A stretch of 64,000 bases of DNA. Origin: a virus. Taxonomy: Duplodnaviria; Heunggongvirae; Uroviricota; Caudoviricetes. Under the pieces are notes generated by a model. That model did no database searches and was not told the DNA's origin. It saw only the letters and a list, made by a program, of their open reading frames with translations. Of the stretch, positions 25,699-35,161 are shown piece after piece. A program made the translations under genes and the position numbers. The DNA is taken from the IMG/VR virus record IMGVR_UViG_3300043399_000676; one strand, given 5' to 3'. Within the stretch, counting starts at the first letter, position 1. Each line of letters opens with the position of its first letter.

Positions 25699-25953
25699 AT
25701 GAAAATTGAAAATTCATTAGATTGGGCAAAGGTAAGTATTTCGTTGATCAAGGATTTGTCCAAGATTCCATACAACAAAGATTTGTATAAGATGATGGAT
25801 AATATATCTCACATGATAACTGAACTTAGCAAAAAAGAAGTCGCTGCTCGCCAACAACGAAACCCGAATTATTTAAGTGCAGATATAGAAAAGATCAACG
25901 GCTCAATAGCTCATCTAGAAAAACTTATTTTTATGGCTACATTAATGAGGTAA
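25699..25953 (+). CDS. hypothetical protein
   Basis: ATG at 25699; a TATAAT-like -10 at 25686-25691 precedes it. Confidence 0.35.
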   Translation: MKIENSLDWAKVSISLIKDLSKIPYNKDLYKMMDNISHMITELSKKEVAARQQRNPNYLSADIEKINGSIAHLEKLIFMATLMR

Positions 25954-25955
25954 AC

Positions 25956-26237
25956 ATGTCTAAAGATTGGAAAAAAATTGCAGGTTGGTTGAAGTCTATT
26001 CTAAATGAAGAGGTAGTAAAGGTAACGTTTACTAAAAAAGACGGAACTGATCGAGTCATGAATTGCACTAGAAAACCAGAGTTAGTTCCAAAAGTTGAAG
26101 TAACAGAAGGTAAAAAAGCCAAAACCGTTTCTGAAGATATTATTGTTGTATATGATGTGGATGTTGAGGGTTGGAGAAGTTTCAACATTAACTCTGTCAA
26201 AGAAATTTCTTTCTCTCTTTCAAAGGAACAAGTATGA
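25956..26237 (+). CDS. hypothetical protein
   Basis: Tightly coupled ORF. Confidence 0.4.
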   Translation: MSKDWKKIAGWLKSILNEEVVKVTFTKKDGTDRVMNCTRKPELVPKVEVTEGKKAKTVSEDIIVVYDVDVEGWRSFNINSVKEISFSLSKEQV

Positions 26238-26467
26238 ATGTTAGATACGGGGACACCGTTCAAGTCACTTGTGTTGACAATGGACAAACACTAGTAGCGG
26301 ATGTACTATCATTTGACCCTGAGAAGTTTTTATCTGTTAGTCTTCAGAAATCAATAAAGTTAGGAATGAAGTACAATACAAATACGAAGGAATACTTTGG
26401 AGATTTGTACGGAAAAACATTCACATCCAAAGGGCCAACTGCGACTAGATACACAGTAGGAAGGTAA
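26234..26467 (+). CDS. hypothetical protein
   Basis: ATGA overlap. Confidence 0.4.
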   Translation: MNVRYGDTVQVTCVDNGQTLVADVLSFDPEKFLSVSLQKSIKLGMKYNTNTKEYFGDLYGKTFTSKGPTATRYTVGR

Positions 26468-26573
26468 GTTGTCAAAGTAATAACATATTTTATGTACCAT
26501 ACCTTGCTATATAAGATTCTCTTACTTCAAAATCTAGTCACTAAATATCATCGTTATTGGAAGAAAAACAAAA

Positions 26574-28889
26574 ATGCCTATACATGTATTAAAAAGATCA
26601 GGTAATAAAGAACCACTTACTATTGAAAAATGGCAGACGCAGATCGCTAAGGTTTGTAAGGGAATCTCAGAGGTAAGCCAAAGTATGATTGAAATTAAAG
26701 CTCAACCTCATTTTTACGATGGTATCAGTACTAGAGAAATTGATGAAATTACTCTAAGAGCAATTGTAGACTTGATCGATGTAGAAACTAATCCAGACGT
26801 AGGACATACTAACTATCAGTACGTTGCGGGAAAACAAAGACTTACAATGTTGCGTAAGGACGTATACGGGGATTACGAAGTTCCTCATATTTACGAGATT
26901 GTAAAAACCAATGTTAAGGCAGGGTTGTATACTCCAGAACTTCTAGAGTGGTACACCGAAGAAGACTGGAATAAGATGGAGGACATGATCGATCATTCTA
27001 AAGATGAAGAATATTCTTATGCTGCTATCGAACAACTAATCGAAAAATACCTAGTTAAGAATAGGGCAACAAATCAATCTTACGAAACACCTCAGATTCG
27101 ATACATGGTGGCAGCGGCTACAGTTTTTCATAAGGAAGAACCCAACTCAGCTAGAATGCGTTACATAAAGGAATACTACAATGCTGCTTCAGATGGTCTT
27201 TTTACCCTTGCAACTCCTGTGTTGGCTGGTCTTGGTACTCCTACTAAGCAGTTTAGCTCTTGTGTTCTCATCAGGTCTGATGATGATCTTGATAGCATCT
27301 TCGCTAGTGGGGAAATGATGGCTAAGTATGCTAGCAAACGTGCTGGCATTGGTTTGGAGATTGGTCGTCTACGTCCCTTAGGTAGTCCCATTCGTGGTGG
27401 CGAAATCATGCACACGGGAATGGTTCCCTTCTTAAAGAAATGGTTCGGTGATCTGCGTTCATGCAGTCAAGGGGGAATTCGTAATGCGTCAGCTACTGTA
27501 TTTTATCCGATTTGGCATCATCAATTTGATGACCTCATTGTTCTCAAGAACAACCAAGGAACAGAAGAAACACGGGTTAGACACATGGACTACGGTGTCG
27601 TACTCTCGGCGTTCTTTTGGCGTAGGTTTAAGAACAAAGAAAATATTACATTCTTCGACCCGAATGAAGTACCCGACCTCTACGAAGCCTTCTACAGCAA
27701 CACCGAAGAATTCGAAAGACTCTACCTAAAGTACGAAAAGCAATCAGGTCTTCGTAAGAAGACAATGAGTGCTGAGGAAGTATTCAAAAGTGGCATTCTT
27801 AAAGAGCGTACTGATACTGGACGAATTTATCTTGTGTTCGTTGATAACGTAATGAACCAAGGTCCGTTCGATCCAGAGTATCATACAATTTACCAGAGTA
27901 ACCTTTGCTGTGAAATCCTATTACCGACTGTACCGTTTAAGCGTCTTGATGACAGCAATGGCCGCATTGCTTTGTGTACTTTGGGCAGCATCAATTGGGG
28001 CGCATTCCGTAATCCTGAAGATATGCGCCGTGCTTGCCGTATTCTTCATCGTAGTCTTAACAATATTCTCGATTACCAAGACTTCTTGTCGATCCAATCG
28101 AAACTAAGTAATGACGAAATTCGTCCTCTTGGTATTGGTGTTACTAATCTTGCATACTGGCATGCTAAACGTGGACTACAATATGGTGAAAAGGATGCTC
28201 TTGCAGAAGTTAAATCTTGGATTGAACATCAAGCCTACTATCTAACTGAAGCATCGGTTGAACTTGCTAAGGAAAGAGGCAAGTGCCTTGATAGTGATAA
28301 GACTAGGTATGGCAAAGGAGTTTTCCCTTGGGAGCTCCGTGCTAAAGGAGTCAATGAACTCGCTGACTTTACTCCTGAGTTAGATTGGGAACCTCTTCGA
28401 GAGCAGATGAAAAAATATGGAGTAAGAAACGCTACTCAAATGGCAATCGCACCAGTTGAATCAAGTTCAGTTGTAATTAACTCAACTAACGGTATCGAGA
28501 TGCCCATGAGTCTTATCTCCACTAAAGAAAGTAAAGCTGGCTCGTTTACTCAAGTAGTTCCCGAGTACCACAAGCTGAAAAACAAGTATCAGCTAATGTG
28601 GGAACAGAAAGACTGTGATGGATACCTTAAGACTGCTGCTGTATTGGCTGCGTATGTCGATCAAAGTATCAGCACCAATACTTTCTATAACCCTGCTAAT
28701 TTCTCAGATAGAAAAGTTCCTACTACACTAATCGCTAAGAATCTAATGCAGGCTCATATGTGGGGGCTGAAAACTTTCTATTACAGCCTTATCAATAAAG
28801 CTGGATCAAAAGCAGTTGCAGAAGAAGCTCCGGCTATGTTAGAAGAAATTGACTTCGATGATTTAGACTGTGAGGCGTGTAAGTTGTAG
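26574..28889 (+). CDS. nrdA: ribonucleotide reductase class Ia large subunit
   Basis: 771 aa; ATP-cone-like N-terminus; active-site block SNLCCEILLP; C-terminal CEACKL cysteine pair. Confidence 0.9.
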   Translation: MPIHVLKRSGNKEPLTIEKWQTQIAKVCKGISEVSQSMIEIKAQPHFYDGISTREIDEITLRAIVDLIDVETNPDVGHTNYQYVAGKQRLTMLRKDVYGDYEVPHIYEIVKTNVKAGLYTPELLEWYTEEDWNKMEDMIDHSKDEEYSYAAIEQLIEKYLVKNRATNQSYETPQIRYMVAAATVFHKEEPNSARMRYIKEYYNAASDGLFTLATPVLAGLGTPTKQFSSCVLIRSDDDLDSIFASGEMMAKYASKRAGIGLEIGRLRPLGSPIRGGEIMHTGMVPFLKKWFGDLRSCSQGGIRNASATVFYPIWHHQFDDLIVLKNNQGTEETRVRHMDYGVVLSAFFWRRFKNKENITFFDPNEVPDLYEAFYSNTEEFERLYLKYEKQSGLRKKTMSAEEVFKSGILKERTDTGRIYLVFVDNVMNQGPFDPEYHTIYQSNLCCEILLPTVPFKRLDDSNGRIALCTLGSINWGAFRNPEDMRRACRILHRSLNNILDYQDFLSIQSKLSNDEIRPLGIGVTNLAYWHAKRGLQYGEKDALAEVKSWIEHQAYYLTEASVELAKERGKCLDSDKTRYGKGVFPWELRAKGVNELADFTPELDWEPLREQMKKYGVRNATQMAIAPVESSSVVINSTNGIEMPMSLISTKESKAGSFTQVVPEYHKLKNKYQLMWEQKDCDGYLKTAAVLAAYVDQSISTNTFYNPANFSDRKVPTTLIAKNLMQAHMWGLKTFYYSLINKAGSKAVAEEAPAMLEEIDFDDLDCEACKL

Positions 28890-28970
28890 TATGCGGAACT
28901 TTTTAATTACAATAAAAGAAACTATAATTGGTATGTTTCTTTTAGCTAAAGTTTTACTTTTTAGGAAACA

Positions 28971-29297
28971 ATGATATCCGTAACTGATGTTGCTGCGACC
29001 AAGATCAAAGACTTTCTGAAAAAGAGAGGAAAAGGTCTTGGTATAAAAATAGGAACAAAGACTACCGGGTGTTCCGGTCTTGCGTATACGTTAGAATATG
29101 TAGATGTAGGTCCAGTAACCCGAGACTACTTTCTTTATGAGGACAAGGATGTTAAGATATGGGTCTCAGGTAAAGATTTCGCCTACGTCAATGGAATGAC
29201 GATTGATTGGGTTAAACAAGGATTAAACGAAGGGTTTGAGTTTATCAACCCTAATGAAAAAGATCGCTGCGGATGTGGCGAAAGTTTTAGGATTTGA
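28971..29297 (+). CDS. IscA/HesB/ErpA-type A-type Fe-S cluster carrier
   Basis: 108 aa; conserved Cys triad TTGCSGLAY…RCGCGESF; lies between nrdA and nrdB. Confidence 0.7.
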   Translation: MISVTDVAATKIKDFLKKRGKGLGIKIGTKTTGCSGLAYTLEYVDVGPVTRDYFLYEDKDVKIWVSGKDFAYVNGMTIDWVKQGLNEGFEFINPNEKDRCGCGESFRI

Positions 29298-29298
29298 T

Positions 29299-29730
29299 AT
29301 GAAAATTAATGAATTAGCGAACAACCCTAACCCATATGAAGTTGAGTACGAAGACGAAGACGACAAGGTCATCAACAGTTCTGATTTGGCCCTTTCAGTT
29401 TATCTTACTAGAGGGTCATTGGGGAAAGATGATAAAGTCAATATAGAATTTAGTGTGATGGGTAGATATGATATAACTGGCGCCGGAAAACAATTTAAGA
29501 TTTTTTCGACTGTAAACGCTATTTTGAAGGAGCATTTACCTCTTTTCTTGAAATCAAGTGACAGATATGTTGATTTTACCGCAGACAAAACAGAACCAAC
29601 TAGAGTTAAATTTTATAAAAGTTGTGCCCCTTATGTTTCTAAAATATTAGGCAATAATTGGGAATATATGGAAGAGGATTTACCTGAGCATAATCTAGTA
29701 AGATATCTCTGGACTAAGATTAACCGATAA
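29299..29730 (+). CDS. hypothetical protein
   Basis: Start moved to the in-frame ATG at 29299 to avoid a 62-nt overlap. Confidence 0.4.
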   Translation: MKINELANNPNPYEVEYEDEDDKVINSSDLALSVYLTRGSLGKDDKVNIEFSVMGRYDITGAGKQFKIFSTVNAILKEHLPLFLKSSDRYVDFTADKTEPTRVKFYKSCAPYVSKILGNNWEYMEEDLPEHNLVRYLWTKINR

Positions 29731-29740
29731 AGATAACTAC

Positions 29741-30844
29741 ATGTCAAAACAACAATATAACCTAAATACAAAACCAGATTACCTAAACAGAAAGATGTTT
29801 CTTGACCCTGCTGGTCCAGTAACCATTCAAAGATTTGAGGAAGTCAAATACAGCAAAATTTCTAACTTTGAAACTACTGCACGAGGATTCTTTTGGGTGC
29901 CCGAGGAAATCTCGCTGACTAAGGACGCACAAGATCATAAGAACGCTAGTGAAGCGATCAAACATATCTTTACCAGCAACCTATTACGTCAAACTGCATT
30001 AGACAGTTTACAAGGGAGAGGTCCAAGTCAAATCTTCACCCCTGTTATTAGCCTACCTGAACTAGAAGCACTCGTTTATAATTGGACTTTCTTTGAGACT
30101 AATATTCACAGTCGTAGTTATAGCCACATTATTCGCAACATCTATAATGTTCCAAAAGAAGTTTTCAACACAATCCATGACACACAAGAAATCGTTGACA
30201 TGGCTTCAAGTATAGGAAAGTATTACGACGACTTACATAAACTAAATTGCCAAAAAGAAATCGGAGATATGCTAGTTAGCGAAAAAGATCATATCAAGGC
30301 AATCTGGCTAGCCCTACATGCAAGCTATGCACTTGAAGCATTCCGTTTTATGGTGTCATTTGCTACTAGTCTAGCAATGGTTGAAAACAAGATTTACATC
30401 GGCAACGGAAACATCATTAGTCTAATTCTACAAGATGAACTTCTACACAAAGGTTGGACTGCATATATCATCAATCAAGTAGTCAAAGAAGATGAACGTT
30501 TTGTTAAGGCAGCAGCAGAATGCGAGCAAGAAGTACTACAGATTTATAAGGATGTAATTCGTGAAGAAAAGGAATGGGCTGACTATCTTTTTAAGAAAGG
30601 GCCAGTCATCGGACTGAATGCAACGATTCTCAAAGACTTTGTTGACTTTACAGCAGTAGGTGCATTGAAGGATATTGGTATCAAGTATTGGAACCCTGCC
30701 CCTAAGACTACACCCATTCCTTGGTTCAACAAGCATTCCGATACAAGTAAGAAGCAGACGGCTTTGCAGGAAAATGAATCGACAAACTACGTCATTGGGT
30801 TACTGAGTGACAACCTAGATTACGAACAATTACCGAACATCTAA
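29741..30844 (+). CDS. nrdB: ribonucleotide reductase small subunit
   Basis: 367 aa ferritin-like R2; directly downstream of nrdA; C-terminal acidic/aromatic tail. Confidence 0.85.
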   Translation: MSKQQYNLNTKPDYLNRKMFLDPAGPVTIQRFEEVKYSKISNFETTARGFFWVPEEISLTKDAQDHKNASEAIKHIFTSNLLRQTALDSLQGRGPSQIFTPVISLPELEALVYNWTFFETNIHSRSYSHIIRNIYNVPKEVFNTIHDTQEIVDMASSIGKYYDDLHKLNCQKEIGDMLVSEKDHIKAIWLALHASYALEAFRFMVSFATSLAMVENKIYIGNGNIISLILQDELLHKGWTAYIINQVVKEDERFVKAAAECEQEVLQIYKDVIREEKEWADYLFKKGPVIGLNATILKDFVDFTAVGALKDIGIKYWNPAPKTTPIPWFNKHSDTSKKQTALQENESTNYVIGLLSDNLDYEQLPNI

Positions 30845-30851
30845 AAAGTAC

Positions 30852-30880
30852 TTGACAAATAATCCTCAGAGTGTTAGAAT
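30852..30880 (+). promoter_or_regulatory. sigma70 promoter (TTGACA-17-TAGAAT)
   Basis: Consensus hexamers. Confidence 0.5.
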
Positions 30881-30908
30881 GCTAATTCTTGACTTTGAGG
30901 ATTATTCC

Positions 30909-31241
30909 ATGATCATTCACTCGCCCCGTCAAAAAAGCAAACCCAAAAAGCCTAACGCCAAGCAGCGTGAACTCGACGCACAATGGCAGCAATTGATGAG
31001 TCAGTACAAACCGAAAAAGGTAGAAGCAAAAGTGCCACAATATTCTGCACCCAAAGTTCCTGCTAATCGTTCCACCAGGCAATTCAAAAGTGTGGATACT
31101 GGTATCGGGAATGCATCCCTGCCCGAGCAAAAAGTCTATACGGGTACGAAGGTCAAAGGTATTGCGACGATGCACAAGTCCAATGCCGTGCCTGTCTTTA
31201 GTGATGAGGCTGCGGTCGATATTTCCAAAATGCGGCGTTGA
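30909..31241 (+). CDS. basic hypothetical protein
   Basis: ATG at 30909 downstream of the promoter; the track start at 30852 is the -35 TTG. Confidence 0.4.
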   Translation: MIIHSPRQKSKPKKPNAKQRELDAQWQQLMSQYKPKKVEAKVPQYSAPKVPANRSTRQFKSVDTGIGNASLPEQKVYTGTKVKGIATMHKSNAVPVFSDEAAVDISKMRR

Positions 31242-31266
31242 CAACAGTAAATAGGTAGTATATACT
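31238..31266 (+). promoter_or_regulatory. sigma70 promoter (TTGACA-17-TATACT)
   Basis: Consensus hexamers. Confidence 0.5.
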
Positions 31267-31291
31267 CTTTTCTCACTCAAGGAGATCATGT

Positions 31292-31450
31292 ATGAAGTTC
31301 ATCGTTGAATCTGGCAATGGTCGTGTAATCTTCAAAGACTTCACCCGAATGTCTGAGGATTTCAGTAAGGTTTTTCGTTTCATGCTGTCTCTGCAAGCCC
31401 GCGAAATGATTCAGGGCAAAATCACCTACAAAATTAAAGTAGAAGGCTAA
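31292..31450 (+). CDS. 52-aa hypothetical protein
   Basis: RBS AAGGAGATC; not in the track (under 60 aa). Confidence 0.35.
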   Translation: MKFIVESGNGRVIFKDFTRMSEDFSKVFRFMLSLQAREMIQGKITYKIKVEG

Positions 31451-31451
31451 C

Positions 31452-31628
31452 ATGATTAAAAGTTTGTTTGCATTGATTCTTACCTTTGGTTTGGTATATG
31501 GATCAATCGAACTGTTTCGTTCGCTCACAAAACGGGAAAAATGGGAGTTTACAAAGCAGGCAGGATATAGTATTATTGTCGGGTTAATCGCGTTTCTCAT
31601 TCTCTCTCTTATCGTACTCTTCTTTTAA
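31452..31628 (+). CDS. 58-aa membrane protein
   Basis: Two hydrophobic helices; start adjacent to the upstream stop. Confidence 0.35.
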   Translation: MIKSLFALILTFGLVYGSIELFRSLTKREKWEFTKQAGYSIIVGLIAFLILSLIVLFF

Positions 31629-31639
31629 AGGAAATAAAC

Positions 31640-32434
31640 ATGAATCGTTTTGCTAAAATTTCTCTTATCGCACTCGCTGTTTCTACCGCTGTTGGCTGCA
31701 CTCGTATTGAGACCGGTGAAGTCGGTGTTCGAGTCGGCTTTGACAAGCAGATCCAACAAGGAGAACTGCTTCCTGGATCGTTTAACCAGACTTTCTGGGG
31801 AGATGTTCTTACGTTCCCTGTGAAGGATGTTAACGTCACGCTGAATGACATGACGCCTGTTGCAAAAGACAATAGCACCATGAAGGATATGGATGCGGTT
31901 GTTGTCTACAACATCAACCAAAATCAGGTTGCTGAACTTTACAGCCAGAAAAATCGCAGCTTCCATGCTACCGCAAATGGCGATGTTTATCTGATGTATA
32001 ACTACGTCACTCAGATGGCACGAAATGCGATTTACAAGGCTGCTCGCAAGTACGAAGCCCTTGATATGGCAGACAATCGTACTGAAATGGAAGCTCTGAT
32101 TAAGGACGAAATTGTTCGTAATCTTGCCGAAGAAAAGCTCGACGGATCGATCACTATCAGTCAGGTCATGATTCGTAATGTGCAACCTGCTGATGCTGTC
32201 ACCAAGAGTGCAAATGAACTGGTTCGTGCTAAGAACGAACTGAAGCAGAAAGAGGTCGAAGTTAAGACTGCCGAAGCAGAGGCTCGTCGTATGGCAGCAC
32301 TGGCTAATCAGTCGAGTCAGTCTATTGCTTACATGCAAGCTCAGGCTATGCTGAACATTTCTGAGGGTATCAAGAACGGCAAAGTTCAGACTATCGTTGT
32401 CCCGTCGAACTTTACTGCGCTGATGACTAAGTAA
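31640..32434 (+). CDS. SPFH/band-7 domain lipoprotein
   Basis: Signal peptide plus lipobox AVGC; VGVRVGF…SPFH-like N-terminus; coiled-coil C-terminus. Confidence 0.5.
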   Translation: MNRFAKISLIALAVSTAVGCTRIETGEVGVRVGFDKQIQQGELLPGSFNQTFWGDVLTFPVKDVNVTLNDMTPVAKDNSTMKDMDAVVVYNINQNQVAELYSQKNRSFHATANGDVYLMYNYVTQMARNAIYKAARKYEALDMADNRTEMEALIKDEIVRNLAEEKLDGSITISQVMIRNVQPADAVTKSANELVRAKNELKQKEVEVKTAEAEARRMAALANQSSQSIAYMQAQAMLNISEGIKNGKVQTIVVPSNFTALMTK

Positions 32435-32436
32435 AA

Positions 32437-32700
32437 ATGATAAACTTGTTTGGTTGGTTCAGGAAGAAAAATTCAAATGTAATTCCTTTTCCTAAGCCAA
32501 ATAAAATTGGAGGGGAGAAAAGAATCCTCCCCTCCCCTCCTGAAAAGGTGCCACAGGTTTATTACACTATCGGGTTTACTGACGACAACCGTGTTTTATT
32601 GACAGTTAAGTACCCTGGATTATTAATGAACAAAGAGGGCTGCCAAAAGCTGATTGATAAAATTACTATTTTTATGAACGGACTAAAGGATCAAGAATGA
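32437..32700 (+). CDS. hypothetical protein
   Basis: Operon continuation. Confidence 0.4.
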   Translation: MINLFGWFRKKNSNVIPFPKPNKIGGEKRILPSPPEKVPQVYYTIGFTDDNRVLLTVKYPGLLMNKEGCQKLIDKITIFMNGLKDQE

Positions 32701-33215
32701 TTACGCTTAAAGATTGGTTTGAAGCTATTCAGTACAAGATTACTGAGGGATCTGAGTACGGCTGGAAATGTTACGGTGATAGCCCGTTTCGTCTAACTTC
32801 TTTTGCTGGTTGGAAAGAAGGTCAAGAAGGCCCTTGCTCTGAGGTAATCTTCGACACGAATACTCAACAGGTTTTCGAAATTACAGTTTCGGACAATAGA
32901 CACAATCGTTTCTATCGATGGATCAATCCTGACTATGTTAAAGCATACGAGGATGAGTCCAAGAGTCGTGGTGTGGATGCTAAGGCTGTATTCGATGATT
33001 TCGACTTTATCGACCTAGAAGTCGAAGAAGAAATCATCGAAAAAACTAAGTGCATCATGGCAGGTCTTCCGTATGACACGAGGGTGCAAGTTCCAATCGA
33101 GCTAGAAGATGAGGAAATTTTTCAACTCATGAAAATGGCTCATAAGTACGATGTAACACTTAACGAATTTGTGGGACGTATTCTTCTAGAGGCGCTCAAT
33201 AAAACAAAGGAATAA
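32697..33215 (+). CDS. hypothetical protein
   Basis: ATGA overlap. Confidence 0.45.
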   Translation: MITLKDWFEAIQYKITEGSEYGWKCYGDSPFRLTSFAGWKEGQEGPCSEVIFDTNTQQVFEITVSDNRHNRFYRWINPDYVKAYEDESKSRGVDAKAVFDDFDFIDLEVEEEIIEKTKCIMAGLPYDTRVQVPIELEDEEIFQLMKMAHKYDVTLNEFVGRILLEALNKTKE

Positions 33216-33217
33216 CA

Positions 33218-33892
33218 ATGCATGTATGTATCGGCAAGTACAACCGGTGGTGGGGTCCATATCAGATCGCAGAAAAAATTCTGTTTTGGATGGACAAGCA
33301 TGATGACCGAGTTCATAACTTCGGTACTTGGCTTGCCGATAAAAAAGACGGCAGTGATAGTTGGTTAACCAAAGTTTGTCTTTGGATTGATAAGAAGAAG
33401 AGTCGTGAGGTTTATATTAAGATTCATAAGTATGATACTTGGAGTATGGATCATACTCTTGCTCTTATTATCTACCCCATGCTCAAACAACTTAAAGAGC
33501 AAAAACAAGGAGCACCGATCGTAGATGACGAGGATGTTCCTGTAGAATTGCGAAGCACCACAGCCCCTAAACCAGAGAATCAGTGGGATACCGATGGCAA
33601 TTGGTTCAAGCGTTGGGATTGGGTACTCGATGAAATGATTTGGACCTTTGAACAGTTGTCTAATGACGATAACGAAGAACGATTTTATTCAGGTACTTCT
33701 GACTTGCAGATGGTCGAGACAGGTGAAACCTATCCTAACCCTGAGACAGGCAAAGAAGAACCTGTCTTCAAGATGGAAGAAGGACCTAATCATACAATGA
33801 CGATAGATAAGGAAGGTCTTACTGCACACAATGAACGTATCCAGCGCGGGTTGTTATTGTTTGGTAAGTATTTTAGGAGCCTTGCATCTTGA
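33218..33892 (+). CDS. hypothetical protein
   Basis: 224-aa ORF. Confidence 0.45.
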   Translation: MHVCIGKYNRWWGPYQIAEKILFWMDKHDDRVHNFGTWLADKKDGSDSWLTKVCLWIDKKKSREVYIKIHKYDTWSMDHTLALIIYPMLKQLKEQKQGAPIVDDEDVPVELRSTTAPKPENQWDTDGNWFKRWDWVLDEMIWTFEQLSNDDNEERFYSGTSDLQMVETGETYPNPETGKEEPVFKMEEGPNHTMTIDKEGLTAHNERIQRGLLLFGKYFRSLAS

Positions 33893-34239
33893 ACTATCAA
33901 GAACCTGCAAAGGGTATTTCTCAAGTAGGTGATTACGGAACAGCAAAGAGTTATCACGTTGATTGCTCTTGTACTTCACCCGATCACGCATTATCAATGT
34001 GGATTGAAGTAACTGGAGACGAAGATGTTAAGGATGTGGAACTTACCTTCTACGGGACGTTTTACACCTCAAGCAAACTAGTCGAATCGTTCAAAGAACG
34101 ACTCAAGCTAGCATGGACTATTCTGACTAAGGGGGTCTACACTGCTGAACATTCTACGTTACTCAATAAACAAGCTGCCTATAATCTAGCAGAAACTATC
34201 AATCGCACTATAAAAGACCTAGAAAAGGTTGAAAATTAA
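33889..34239 (+). CDS. hypothetical protein
   Basis: Start ATG overlaps the upstream stop (ATCTTGA). Confidence 0.45.
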   Translation: MNYQEPAKGISQVGDYGTAKSYHVDCSCTSPDHALSMWIEVTGDEDVKDVELTFYGTFYTSSKLVESFKERLKLAWTILTKGVYTAEHSTLLNKQAAYNLAETINRTIKDLEKVEN

Positions 34240-34289
34240 TTAAATTGGGTCTATAATAGACTCATAAACTGAACAACACGGGGCAGGTT
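34229..34289 (+). promoter_or_regulatory. early promoter (TTGAAA-17-TATAAT) with a divergent leader variant
   Basis: ATTAAATTGGG spacer; leader TAGACTCATAAACTGAACAACACGGGGCAGG is related to the conserved leader. Confidence 0.5.
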
Positions 34290-34469
34290 ATGAAGAAAGT
34301 TTATTTGCTGATCGAAGAAAACGGCGACAACCTCGATAGAGAGGTTATTGGAGTGTTCTCTAGTCTCAAAAAGGTCCTGAGTGAGCGTGATGCCTACCGT
34401 GAAGTGGCTGACACCACTAGCGGTGGCGGCTCGGTGTTCTTTTCTATCAAGGAAATGGATGTTGAGTAG
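34290..34469 (+). CDS. 59-aa hypothetical protein
   Basis: ATG after the leader; not in the track. Confidence 0.35.
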   Translation: MKKVYLLIEENGDNLDREVIGVFSSLKKVLSERDAYREVADTTSGGGSVFFSIKEMDVE

Positions 34470-34473
34470 TACT

Positions 34474-34526
34474 TGACATTATTTTGGTTTGGCTATATAA
34501 TAGCTTCATACACTGAGAAAACGGAG
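34474..34526 (+). promoter_or_regulatory. early promoter plus conserved leader module, copy D
   Basis: TTGACA-16-TATAAT plus AGCTTCATACACTGAGAAAACGGAG. Confidence 0.65.
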
Positions 34527-34532
34527 AATCGA

Positions 34533-34949
34533 ATGGCTTACATGAACCAAGAACGCAAGGCTGTTATTTCTGCTGCACTCAAGCCGATTTTGGCTAAGTA
34601 CAAAGTCAAAGGTACCCTTTCGGTTCGTAATAATCTCGCTATCACTCTTACGGTGAAATCGGGTGCTATCGATTTCATTGGCAATTGCAACAAAGTTTGC
34701 GGTAACAGTCATTACCAAGTTTCTAGCGGATTCCGTCCGATCACGGAAGGGTATACTGACGTTAATCAGTATTGGTATCAGGATCACTTTGATGGTGCGG
34801 CTAAGGAATTTCTCGATGAAGCGTTCAAGGCGCTGAAGGCCGCGGGTTGGTATGATGAATCGGATGCAATGACTGATTATTTCAACACCGCATATTACAT
34901 TGACATTCAAATCGGAAAGTGGAATAAACCCTACGTTTTCACTGCTTAA
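34533..34949 (+). CDS. hypothetical protein
   Basis: ATG at 34533 after leader copy D. Confidence 0.5.
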   Translation: MAYMNQERKAVISAALKPILAKYKVKGTLSVRNNLAITLTVKSGAIDFIGNCNKVCGNSHYQVSSGFRPITEGYTDVNQYWYQDHFDGAAKEFLDEAFKALKAAGWYDESDAMTDYFNTAYYIDIQIGKWNKPYVFTA

Positions 34950-34959
34950 GGAGCATTAC

Positions 34960-35160
34960 ATGGCTTACCGAGTTTTCAAGCACAATCAAGAGTATGGTCC
35001 TCGCAAAGGTCTTGAGGGGCCTTTTCACTATCCGAACGGACAGGTTCTCTACTACGATGCGAAAGAAGGTTCGTACTGGGATCCTCGTACTGACTTCTAT
35101 GTTCCTGCTGACGAGGTTGTGCGTCTTCAGGCTCAGATTTTCGACATCGTGAGGGCTTGA
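34960..35160 (+). CDS. hypothetical protein
   Basis: RBS AAGGAG then ATG at 34960. Confidence 0.4.
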   Translation: MAYRVFKHNQEYGPRKGLEGPFHYPNGQVLYYDAKEGSYWDPRTDFYVPADEVVRLQAQIFDIVRA

Positions 35161-35161
35161 T

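Noticed and set aside
30852-30908. ORF start at 30852 (and likewise 5702, 34473, 39116, 25675, 40224, 44050, 44241)
   Set aside because: These track starts fall inside -35/-10 promoter hexamers or use GTG or TTG. In-frame ATGs with RBSs further downstream were preferred.
31286-32338. − strand ORFs 31286–31600, 31609–31881 and 31625–32338
   Set aside because: Antisense to + strand small genes and the SPFH lipoprotein gene. No RBSs.
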